Positions 20,109 through 29,047 of a stretch of DNA of 64,000 nucleotides are shown in pieces. Positions within the stretch are counted from its first letter, which is position 1, and each line of letters begins with the position of its first letter. The position numbers were made by a program, and so were the translations under genes. This DNA is from a virus, in IMG/VR virus record IMGVR_UViG_3300009034_002625, positions 1-64,000 of that record. One strand, 5' to 3'. The notes under the pieces were generated by a model. The model was not told the DNA's origin, ran no database searches, and saw nothing but the letters and a program-made list of their open reading frames with translations.

Positions 20109-21560
20109 TTAACTTGCTATGTGAATATTATAACCAGAAAATTTTTCCTTAATTGTCTGAGTCATATATAAAAAGGATAATTTATCCTTTAAACTTTTAC
20201 CCTCAAAAGTTAAATTGACTTTAGAAGATTTTGACATCTCATTAAATATTTTGTGTCTAGTTGGTTTAGGAAGAAACTTTTTAATCTTTTCGGCAAGAAC
20301 ATCCAAGCTGAATTTTTCTAATTTAAAATTGCGAATTTTCTTTTTTCCCGATACAGCAATCTGGATAGATTCCTGTATCTCTTTTAAGTTTTTTTGATTT
20401 TTCACATATATCAAATCATCTCCATATTCCCGTTTTAGTTGTTTCAATTCTAAAGCTACAAATGGCTTATTGAATGCTAAAAACTCTGCGGGAACCATAC
20501 CAAAGCCCTCATGCCTAGAAAGAACAATCCCAGCTTTTGATCTTTGAATTATTTGAAATTTTGTTTTATCGTCTACCCGTTCATAATAATTGAATTTGTG
20601 AAGATTATTTCCATTTCCAAAAACCTCTCTGACTTTCGAAGTTCCAGTTCCAATATAATTAAGATCCAATGGATCTTTCATTTCAATAATTGCTTTTCCA
20701 ATTTCTTTCCATCCTTTAAAATCTGCAATTCTTCCTATATAAGTAATTTCATTTTCTATTTTCTGCTTTAGAACACTTTTCATAACTTCTAAATTTAATG
20801 GCGGTTCACAAATGTGAATAGGAATTCTATTAAATCTCTTATCCCATTCATAAAATTTTTCTTTAGTCATTTTTGAGCTACAAAGTATTGCATCTGCTTG
20901 GAGATATTCTTCTCGATGATCTACAATTTTATCTTTCCATTCAGGAACTTCTTCTGTCAACCATTTGTCTGTTTCATAACAAAATAGCCAAATCGGAATC
21001 TGAAAAAACTCACCATATTCAATAGCTCTTTTTAAGCATTGCGGAGGAGTCCCGATTACCAAATCAAAACCTGCATACTTAATAGCATAACGGTTATTAA
21101 ATTCAAATGAAATGCCTATTTCTCTTTTCCAATCATTCATAAAAGGAGATTCTTTCGGAGTACAAACATGAATATGCGCTCCAGTTTTAGCTAAAGCTTG
21201 GACTAAAGCATAATCAGAATATCTTGCTCCAGAATATCCAGGATCATCAGCAGTCATGAATAAAATTTTAAATTTACGTTCAGGATGAAAAGCTCTCCGG
21301 ATATCCTTTCTGGAACTAAACGCTCTAGACTCTCCAACTTCAGGTGCTTTCTCAAACCACTTTTCAAAAACATCTGCCCCCACTGAAACTTTTTGAAAAG
21401 GTGATCCCGAGGAAAGAAACCAATTTTTCATCAAACTGGAAATAGGAAAAGGTTCTCCCTTGAGAACAGTAATTTCTCGACCCCAGCGAGAATTTAAAGT
21501 ATTTTCAATTCTTTTCGCTTTTTTGGGTCCGGTATAAACTAACCAAATAACATCTTCCAT
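20109..21560 (-). CDS. GT4-family (GT-B fold) glycosyltransferase
   Basis: ITYIGRIADFKG and SRHEGFGMVPAEFLA (EX7E) motifs. Confidence 0.85.
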   Translation of the reverse strand: MEDVIWLVYTGPKKAKRIENTLNSRWGREITVLKGEPFPISSLMKNWFLSSGSPFQKVSVGADVFEKWFEKAPEVGESRAFSSRKDIRRAFHPERKFKILFMTADDPGYSGARYSDYALVQALAKTGAHIHVCTPKESPFMNDWKREIGISFEFNNRYAIKYAGFDLVIGTPPQCLKRAIEYGEFFQIPIWLFCYETDKWLTEEVPEWKDKIVDHREEYLQADAILCSSKMTKEKFYEWDKRFNRIPIHICEPPLNLEVMKSVLKQKIENEITYIGRIADFKGWKEIGKAIIEMKDPLDLNYIGTGTSKVREVFGNGNNLHKFNYYERVDDKTKFQIIQRSKAGIVLSRHEGFGMVPAEFLAFNKPFVALELKQLKREYGDDLIYVKNQKNLKEIQESIQIAVSGKKKIRNFKLEKFSLDVLAEKIKKFLPKPTRHKIFNEMSKSSKVNLTFEGKSLKDKLSFLYMTQTIKEKFSGYNIHIAS

Positions 21561-21572
21561 TATTTTCCTTAA

Positions 21573-21604
21573 GGGACGGGGAAGAAGTGATTCCTCCCCA
21601 TCCC
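21573..21604 (-). terminator. 14-bp GC-rich hairpin after the major capsid gene (terminator or mRNA stabiliser)
   Basis: Minus strand GGGAUGGGGAGGAA-ucac-UUCUUCCCCGUCCC, fully paired with two G-U; weak U tract. Confidence 0.6.
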
Positions 21605-21615
21605 TGTTAATCTAA

Positions 21616-22623
21616 CTAGCTAAGATCTGTCGCTGCTGTATAAAGAGCATAGAGTCTATCTGTGTTGAGAACCTTGACTTGATCATACCAACGAAGGGCA
21701 ACACCGAAGTATCTTCCATAATCATCTTTTTCTTCAGCCCAAATGAACTGAATAGCATTTTCATGGAAGAAACCAATTGCTCTTCCAAGAGCTCTTGGAC
21801 CCATCATGAAACCCTTATAAATCGTGGTAGAATATCCATTGGCAGCTGATACGATCAACGGAGACCTATAAATAAGGCATCCATCCCAATAAGCATCAAA
21901 GCCTCTAAACGCAGGACCTATGGCATTTTGCTCAGACATGGTTGAACCAGCCTGCGCGGCAGCCGTCTTATAGTCAGTGTGAGTTACCAGATCATAAATC
22001 TGGTAAGGATGTAAGAAGCAAACATAATATCCATCGGCTTTCGCTCTTGGATTTGTGGGATCTCCTACATCGAATTTAGGAACTTTCGCTCCCTCCATCT
22101 TGTATTTCAACTTGGAAATGGTTCCAGGGGTTATTTTATCAGTAGCATCAATATCTCCAGATCCCGTAGCATCTCCGCCCCACAAAATATTTGCGGCAAG
22201 ACATCCCGACACCAATGCCGTAAAGGCATCCGTTTCCTTTTTCTCCGCAGCTTCTTCGCCTAGAGTATAAACAGCCTCTTTTCTCAGTTCTATCAAGGTT
22301 TTAGCTCTTGCGCTAGCTGTGAATGCAACTGCTCCACCTTTCTCTGTAGGCTCGTAACTAACCAAGTCAAATTGCATCTTCTTCTCATTGCCTTTTAGAG
22401 AAGTAGTTTCAGTCAAATCCCAACTGATGTTAAGCTTTTGTCTCTTTGGAATGTTAAGCTTATCACCTTCTTTTTCAATGAGCTCTCTCTTGATAACCTC
22501 AAATTTGGCCATAAATCTCTTAGCCCAGTTGACATCCTCAACCTGCTTGGTCCAAATTTCTGGCAGGGTATTATCTATCGTGGTTGAAGATGTTACATTA
22601 GTATAACTTGGATTATCAGCCAT
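21616..22623 (-). CDS. Major capsid protein (HK97 fold, N4-gp56-like family)
   Basis: 335 aa after protease/scaffold; PEIWTKQV, GDKLNIP, LKGNE, YVCFLHPYQIYDL motifs; GGAGG SD. Confidence 0.85.
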   Translation of the reverse strand: MADNPSYTNVTSSTTIDNTLPEIWTKQVEDVNWAKRFMAKFEVIKRELIEKEGDKLNIPKRQKLNISWDLTETTSLKGNEKKMQFDLVSYEPTEKGGAVAFTASARAKTLIELRKEAVYTLGEEAAEKKETDAFTALVSGCLAANILWGGDATGSGDIDATDKITPGTISKLKYKMEGAKVPKFDVGDPTNPRAKADGYYVCFLHPYQIYDLVTHTDYKTAAAQAGSTMSEQNAIGPAFRGFDAYWDGCLIYRSPLIVSAANGYSTTIYKGFMMGPRALGRAIGFFHENAIQFIWAEEKDDYGRYFGVALRWYDQVKVLNTDRLYALYTAATDLS

Positions 22624-22680
22624 TGTTCAAATCCTCCTATTTTCTTTATTTCCTCAGTTCAGAAAAAAACCAATCACCAA

Positions 22681-24042
22681 TTATTTTTTTGTCTCGTCAA
22701 GATAATAATCGGTTCCAACCAATTTGATCTTTTCTGCATTCATCAGCTCGGTCATTTTTCCCGGAGGCATTTTGGCTATATCATCTGCGGTTAATTTTTT
22801 GCCTGTCGGAGTTTCTTTCTTGGTAGCTTGCTTTCCATCTCCTGTCAAAATCGAGGGCATTTCTTCAAAAACGGAAAGAAGTTCCAATGTTTCCTTGCTA
22901 AAATCAGCTTCAAGATCAGTTCTGTCTCCTTCAAATTTCTCGACCATTGACAAAACTTTGGCTTTCTGAGCTGGAGGAAGTTTACCTGAACCAACCAAAC
23001 TTTCCACTTTCTCGTTGATCATCTTGGTAGACTGGGCTTTTCGAATTTTTTCCAGAGTCTCTATCTTTTTAACCCCAGTCTTAACAGCCTCTTCGAGCTT
23101 AACCAAAGACTCATGAGTTTGTTTTCCAAGAGCTATTTCTCTCTTCTTGAGCTCAGCCTCTTTCTTTTCAAGAGCTTTGGCCTTTTCAACTAGTTCTTTA
23201 ACTTCTTCCATCGTATCTTCCTCCTTAAGATATTCGAAATTCACAAGTTTTTTTACACCTACAGAATCTGCTTCAAGTTGCTGAAATCCTTCTAACTTTG
23301 TGATTTGTGGATCAAGCGTTAAAGCGACATGATCGATAATCTCACCCTCATCTTCTCCAGATTCAGAATTTTTAAAGTGAGGATCAATGCTTATACTTGT
23401 GTCCTTAATCGATTTATTGCTGACCAACTCTTCAATTTGATCAGTAGTAAAACCAATTAAGCCCCACAAAGAATTATTGTCCCGAATCTCAAGATCTTCA
23501 ACCCAACCAGTATTCAAGCGTGGATCTTTCGAATGACGGAGAGGAACTGGAACCTTTTTGAGCTCTTTTTTAAAAGCATCAATCCATTTCTGCAATCTTT
23601 CAACAGTCACTTCCAATTTCTTTTCCGTACCCGGAATAATCCAAGATCCTACCCGAATCAACTCTTTCCAGAATTTCTTACCTTCTTTATTCTCAAAATT
23701 CAAATCCTCAATGTTTGAGCTAAGAAGAAGGCTTTCTTCCGCGGTTGGTTCGAATTCCTCAAGAAACTTCGAATAAGCAGCGCCAGCAGTCTTAATAATG
23801 TAGCCCTTGATTCTTCCAAGTAGCAATTTTAGGTTCTTGGGGGCTTTCTCAATTTCCTTATCAATGAACTGAATTACGGCCTTAAACTTTCCACCATAAG
23901 GTGCCTTTGCCATTTTATCTTTATCCTTTTCTGGATATTCATCTTTATCCTTTTTATAAGGCTCATAATCCTTTTTCTTCTTATCTTTCAAATCTTTATC
24001 CCAATTTCCATAAAAATCGTCACTCATGATATAACCTCCCAT
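22681..24042 (-). CDS. Prohead protease/scaffold (Mu gpI-like); probable start MSDD at 24027
   Basis: ELIRVGSW...VPLRH...GWVEDLE...TSISI...HVALTLDP protease core followed by coiled-coil scaffold. Confidence 0.8.
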   Translation of the reverse strand: MGGYIMSDDFYGNWDKDLKDKKKKDYEPYKKDKDEYPEKDKDKMAKAPYGGKFKAVIQFIDKEIEKAPKNLKLLLGRIKGYIIKTAGAAYSKFLEEFEPTAEESLLLSSNIEDLNFENKEGKKFWKELIRVGSWIIPGTEKKLEVTVERLQKWIDAFKKELKKVPVPLRHSKDPRLNTGWVEDLEIRDNNSLWGLIGFTTDQIEELVSNKSIKDTSISIDPHFKNSESGEDEGEIIDHVALTLDPQITKLEGFQQLEADSVGVKKLVNFEYLKEEDTMEEVKELVEKAKALEKKEAELKKREIALGKQTHESLVKLEEAVKTGVKKIETLEKIRKAQSTKMINEKVESLVGSGKLPPAQKAKVLSMVEKFEGDRTDLEADFSKETLELLSVFEEMPSILTGDGKQATKKETPTGKKLTADDIAKMPPGKMTELMNAEKIKLVGTDYYLDETKK

Positions 24043-24524
24043 ATTTCAATTCTCTGCTCTTCCAGCATCACTTCCTGGCCTTGAGCAGGATTGATAACAA
24101 CAGAGATATTCCTAAACTCGATGTCTTTGGCACTCCTTTTCTTACCTTTTGTATTGACTTCTGTCAAACGCATGGCTGGAGAAACACCAAAAGACATAAA
24201 ACCCATCAGCCTTTTCTGATCCTCTAATTTCTTGATAAGAACGGAATCAACAAAACACAATTCTGCTCTTATTCCTTTTACACCCTGATCCCAAAAAGGC
24301 TGTCTATAAAAACCTACCCAGGTTTCTATTCCTTCTTTGTGATCAGTAAAAATGGAAAACTTTCCTCCCTCAGCAGGTTTGCCCTCATCCTTCTTCAAAT
24401 CGGCGAGGGCTTTTTTAATTTCCTCTGCGGGATAGAAAAGATCATTCCATGTTCCTTCTTTTAAGATAATTCTATTCTTAAAAATAAGAATATTATCTTT
24501 TTTTTCAAAACAATACAAATCCAT
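24024..24524 (-). CDS. Second prohead-protease-like protein
   Basis: ILKEGTWNDLFYPAEE...FTDH...WVG...GVSP...ISVVINPA; His and Ser placed as in phage maturation proteases. Confidence 0.6.
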   Translation of the reverse strand: MDLYCFEKKDNILIFKNRIILKEGTWNDLFYPAEEIKKALADLKKDEGKPAEGGKFSIFTDHKEGIETWVGFYRQPFWDQGVKGIRAELCFVDSVLIKKLEDQKRLMGFMSFGVSPAMRLTEVNTKGKKRSAKDIEFRNISVVINPAQGQEVMLEEQRIEIWEVIS

Positions 24525-27500
24525 TTAGTCCCTTTCTCCTCCAGGGCCAGCCAATCTTTGAAAAACCCAAATGTCGGCTTTGGGGGTTTCTCTTTTGAAA
24601 GTATATAGTCCCTTTAAATGCTTTCCCTTGAATTCCGCCGACATGAAATTTGGATTGTCCTCCAAAATATTCAGCGAACCAGAATCTTCAATATCTACAT
24701 TCGCCTCTATTTTCTTGTTAGGATTTTCCCCATGCGCCGGTGGAAGCTTGCCTTTAAAAGTCATCCAAGCTTTCACTGGAGCATTGGGAGGACCAATTGT
24801 CGTCTTAACTTTTTTTGCAGCAACCGCTTCTTCAAAAAGAGGTGATTCTTTCAACTTGAAAGTATCAAGCCATTCTTTGCCCCTATCTATTCTAGTAGAA
24901 TATTGTTCAACCGGCATTGCTCTCACAACTTTTGCACCAAGCCACCATATTTTCTGAAGAATGAATTTTGCTTTAGCTAATTCCAATTCTTTTACTTCAA
25001 TCTTTCTATGTTTCAAATAACCTTCATCGATAAGCCAATTAAAAGCTAAATCCATTTTTTTCAAAGCCTCATTTTTGGATACAGCTTTAGTCCACCATTT
25101 TATTTCATCTGGAATGATAGCTTCAAATTCAGGAGATAATCCCGATGTTCCCCGAGGTGGAACATAGTCTCTTTTCTTCCTTCCTTCTGGAGACATCAGA
25201 TAGGGAATTTCATTTTTAGTCTTAGAGAAAAACCAAAAAAGTTCCTTCTTCCCAACTCTTTCCCATTCTTTTCTCCTACCTATTAAACGTGTAATAAATC
25301 TTCCTTTATATTTACTACCTCTCAAAAAATACTCTCTAAAATATGCCTTTCTGGTTCCGGGCCAAGAAAGACCCCAGTCTTCTCCCCAGAATACTCCCTT
25401 TTTAGTAGCAGTTGCACCTACTTGACCAGGTTCAACAATATTTTTAATTTCCTTAATCCATACCAAGGGTTGAGTTCCTTTTTCTGTAGCATAGAGTCTG
25501 GTTCCAACCGGCATATCTGGTCTCATTTTTTTAATTTTGGGATCATTCGCATATTTTTCAGCTTTTTCAAAAGTATCAACATCTTCTTTTATTGCCCCCT
25601 TAATCTGATTAGCAATAGTCCAGCCTTCAAGATGATCATTTATTTTAATCCTAAGATCGCTGTGCAAACTCCGTCCCCTGAAATGATCAGATAGTTGGAA
25701 GAATCCTTTTGGCAATGTTTTCGGATCCATCTTTAAAATTTGTTCTCTAGTTTTACCAGTCCATTTTTTAAACTTGCTTTCCACTTCTGGAACTTTTGGA
25801 GGTTCTTTCTCAAGATTGATTTCTTCTTTAAAAGAAAGTTCATAAAAAGAAGAATGATAAGATAATCTTCCGCTTATCGCTTCTTCCCCAGCTAGCTCAG
25901 CTTCTTCTTCAAAAAAAAGTTTTTTCTTTTCAAAAACTTCTTTGTATCGTTTTGGGAAAGGCTTCTCGGCTATTTCTCCACCAGTTTCTTTAACAAGTTT
26001 CAAAGCAAACTCCAAACTATCAGGTTTAGTTTTATCTTCACGTTTCTCAATTGGTCGAGCAGCCCACATATTCAACCAAATCTCATTGGTTTTGGGATCC
26101 GTATATTTATTTATATTTGAGAAGGCCACTCTTAATATATCTCCTACCTTACATTTGATTCTAGTGTTATAAGTCCTTCCTGAAGGAATTAACTTATCTC
26201 CCTTTCTCACAACCGTGAGATAATTCCATGCTGCTAACTTTCCAGCTTTAGGACCTGCAACCTGATGGATATCAATAACTTCTACATCTAAGTCAGCTTC
26301 TTTTTTGCCTTTAACCCATTTAGTTGACATTCCACCTAAAGGATAAGTTCCTTCTGACTGCTTAACCATCATTCCTTCTGAATTCTTGATCCCCCCAAAA
26401 TGTTCCCAAGCCTTTTCTACTTGTCCTTCATTTTTGCAAAGCCTCCATTCCATAACTTGGAGTTTACTTAAATTTAAAGGCTTGATTGCTTTATCTAAAA
26501 CATGTTTTCTTTCCATTTCAGTTTCTTTATGCAAATCTCTATCATCGATCATTAGAATGGTAAAGATATTAGCAAAGAAAGGCTTGTCATCTACAGCTCC
26601 TTTAGAATGAGCATATCCTGCAACATCGCTTCTACCCATATGTTTGCCTTTCAAGAATCCCTCAGACCATCCTTCTATTTCACTATCAACGATAAAATCT
26701 TGTTTAACCTTTTTGGCTTGAGCAACGATAGTTGGAAGTCTATGAGTCCAATCTCCACCATCTTCAGATTGGATTTTTACTCTATCACCCTTTTTACTGA
26801 TAATAGCACGTGCACCGTCCGCTTTCTTATCAATGATAAACTCATAATCTTCAGGCTTGAATTTGCCTTTCAAAAAATTCAAGATATTCTTAATCGAATA
26901 AACTTCTTGTTTTCTATATCCTGCAATTCCTTTAAGTGGAAGAAAATATCTAAAATATTCTATCTTATCTTCTCGTTTTGACTTTTCAGCTTGACTGCTA
27001 ACTTCTTCTGATTTAATTCTCTGGAAATTCCAACCATCTTTAGATAGACCTACCAGTTTATCTTCGCATCTTTCAAATTTAATATTATAGAGAGGAATAT
27101 AACTAGTAAATAATCTGGAATCAGAAACAAGATGGATGTCTTCCATCAAATCTGTAGGTAATTGGGACATAAGTCTAAATTCTTCTTCCGGCAGTAAGTC
27201 TCTCCTGCAAATCAAATCAACATCATTCCCGTGTCCTGAAACTGCCATTGAACCAGCAAGACAAACAAGTTCTTTTCCTATATAGAAATCTTTAAATAAA
27301 TCCAAAACTCCCTGAAGTTTATATTTTCGCTTCTGGCCATAAAGCTCATATTTCATAGAAATCTTATCAAGCAGGTCTATGATTCTGTGTTCCATATTCC
27401 TTCTATCTCTCATTTCATCAACAACAAAAGCATGAGCATGAATCAAGGGTTCTGAAATTTTTGGGTAATTTTCCCAGAAGATATCATGGAGTTCTGAATG

Positions 27501-28112
27501 AAGAATAACTAATTCTTTATTCGAAAGACTGTCCAGATATTCAGGCGTAACCTCTTTAATATCAAACTTTCTCTCAAAATTCAAATAATGAATATCGTCA
27601 ACAAAAGCCTGAACTTCCTTTTTTTGCTTGATATCTTTTGGCCTATCAAAAGGAATAACTTCCCTAACTTTCCACAAATAAAACTCTTTAACATTTGGCC
27701 AAAAAGCTATTCTTTCATCATCTGTAATTTTATGAACATCTCTTAGTTCATCGAATTCTTTTCGAGAGATCTTTTCATAATCCTGAAAACGAGCTAGGCC
27801 ATAGTCTTTCTTGCCACTCACAATATGATAAAAGCCGCGTAGGTCAAATTTCTTTGATTTAACCACGGCCGCTTTATTGCCCGATATGAGCATCTGAGCA
27901 TGCGGAGAGACTAAAGTTAGGCCCTTCGTAGATTCCTTCGCCAGGACTTCTCGAAAGACCTCTCGAGAAATTCTCTTCATTTTGTTAGGATGGAAAACAG
28001 TTGATTCTCGATCAATTAACTCCCTAACAATTTTTCCCAAAAAAGTCATAATTTGTTCTTTTGTAAAATCTTTTATTTCCATGTTCCTTGTTTCCTTTTG
28101 GCCGAAGCACAA
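24525..28112 (-). CDS. Multidomain protein: ASCH + nucleotidyltransferase + ATP-dependent DNA ligase + two LigD-phosphoesterase-like domains
   Basis: Ligase motifs KKADGAR, IVDSEI, EGMMVK, KWVKGK plus OB-like region; AGS...NDVDL; DHFRGRSLHSDLRIK; SPHAQMLISGNK. Confidence 0.8.
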   Translation of the reverse strand: MCFGQKETRNMEIKDFTKEQIMTFLGKIVRELIDRESTVFHPNKMKRISREVFREVLAKESTKGLTLVSPHAQMLISGNKAAVVKSKKFDLRGFYHIVSGKKDYGLARFQDYEKISRKEFDELRDVHKITDDERIAFWPNVKEFYLWKVREVIPFDRPKDIKQKKEVQAFVDDIHYLNFERKFDIKEVTPEYLDSLSNKELVILHSELHDIFWENYPKISEPLIHAHAFVVDEMRDRRNMEHRIIDLLDKISMKYELYGQKRKYKLQGVLDLFKDFYIGKELVCLAGSMAVSGHGNDVDLICRRDLLPEEEFRLMSQLPTDLMEDIHLVSDSRLFTSYIPLYNIKFERCEDKLVGLSKDGWNFQRIKSEEVSSQAEKSKREDKIEYFRYFLPLKGIAGYRKQEVYSIKNILNFLKGKFKPEDYEFIIDKKADGARAIISKKGDRVKIQSEDGGDWTHRLPTIVAQAKKVKQDFIVDSEIEGWSEGFLKGKHMGRSDVAGYAHSKGAVDDKPFFANIFTILMIDDRDLHKETEMERKHVLDKAIKPLNLSKLQVMEWRLCKNEGQVEKAWEHFGGIKNSEGMMVKQSEGTYPLGGMSTKWVKGKKEADLDVEVIDIHQVAGPKAGKLAAWNYLTVVRKGDKLIPSGRTYNTRIKCKVGDILRVAFSNINKYTDPKTNEIWLNMWAARPIEKREDKTKPDSLEFALKLVKETGGEIAEKPFPKRYKEVFEKKKLFFEEEAELAGEEAISGRLSYHSSFYELSFKEEINLEKEPPKVPEVESKFKKWTGKTREQILKMDPKTLPKGFFQLSDHFRGRSLHSDLRIKINDHLEGWTIANQIKGAIKEDVDTFEKAEKYANDPKIKKMRPDMPVGTRLYATEKGTQPLVWIKEIKNIVEPGQVGATATKKGVFWGEDWGLSWPGTRKAYFREYFLRGSKYKGRFITRLIGRRKEWERVGKKELFWFFSKTKNEIPYLMSPEGRKKRDYVPPRGTSGLSPEFEAIIPDEIKWWTKAVSKNEALKKMDLAFNWLIDEGYLKHRKIEVKELELAKAKFILQKIWWLGAKVVRAMPVEQYSTRIDRGKEWLDTFKLKESPLFEEAVAAKKVKTTIGPPNAPVKAWMTFKGKLPPAHGENPNKKIEANVDIEDSGSLNILEDNPNFMSAEFKGKHLKGLYTFKRETPKADIWVFQRLAGPGGERD

Positions 28113-29047
28113 GCAAGTAGAAATCGCATATCATCCCTTAATTGTATCTCAGTTCTACTATCGGCTTCATATTTTTCAGTATCAAGTTCTTTGTTATTTT
28201 CAATGGGCTCATTTATACAAACCCATAGTTGGTTGTCAATATCTTTCCCGCCTAAAATATTTCTGCTGGTCTGCAATTGAACTCGTTCGACAGATTTAAA
28301 AACTATCTCAAGATTTTTTCTGATATTTCCTTCGCAATGCATAAGAAAGATTTTGCAGTTCTTGCTTAGTTTATTAACTATCTGAGGAATATCATTTAAA
28401 TTGAAAGGCATACTAGCTATCTCTTTTTGTTCCAAAATGCAATCCAAAAATTTTTGAGGTTCATATTTAGATGAATCGTATGGCGGGTCAAAATAAACTA
28501 CATCTACCTTTGGAAAATTCATTCTTTGAATATCTTCCCTTAAAACCTTAGCCTCTTTTGAAAAATTTATTCTTCGATAGAAAGATTGTTTAATTTTCTC
28601 TTCTAAAAATTCCTCAAATCGCTTAGAAAAGTTATTTTCTCTAATTGGCATATAGGTAAAATAATGAGTAAAGGTATCCGCCAACACTCCCAAGCCAATA
28701 TGTTTTTTCTTCATTTGTTGTGCATGAACTGCCAATCCATCAATTCGTTTTCTTAATTCTTCGGGTTCTTTTCTCATCTTTGCTTTAGTAAACCATCCTT
28801 CAACTGGCTTAGCTTTTAAGAAAGCATCAGTTTCTTCCTTTGTTAGTTTGTCTTTTGAAAGCAAATAACGAGAAAACCAATAAGGAACTCCATTAACATC
28901 GTTAGCTAAAACTTCCATTCCTCGTCTTAAGCAAGATAAAAGAACCGTGCTTCTACCACAACAAGGATCAAAGATGGACTTCGCCCCAACTGGAATTCTC
29001 TCCAGAATATCGTCTCGAACTAAATGTCTACTTTGCCACCAAATCAC
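28073..29047 (-). CDS. DNA adenine methyltransferase (alpha class, Dam/D12-like)
   Basis: N-terminal SAM-binding IFDPCCGRS...LANDVN and catalytic VVYFDPPY. Confidence 0.8.
   Translation of the reverse strand: MIWWQSRHLVRDDILERIPVGAKSIFDPCCGRSTVLLSCLRRGMEVLANDVNGVPYWFSRYLLSKDKLTKEETDAFLKAKPVEGWFTKAKMRKEPEELRKRIDGLAVHAQQMKKKHIGLGVLADTFTHYFTYMPIRENNFSKRFEEFLEEKIKQSFYRRINFSKEAKVLREDIQRMNFPKVDVVYFDPPYDSSKYEPQKFLDCILEQKEIASMPFNLNDIPQIVNKLSKNCKIFLMHCEGNIRKNLEIVFKSVERVQLQTSRNILGGKDIDNQLWVCINEPIENNKELDTEKYEADSRTEIQLRDDMRFLLACASAKRKQGTWK

Noticed and set aside
22624-22640. GTTCAAATCC resembling a tRNA T-loop
   Set aside because: It is the reverse complement of the capsid gene's SD-to-start spacer, with no cloverleaf around it.
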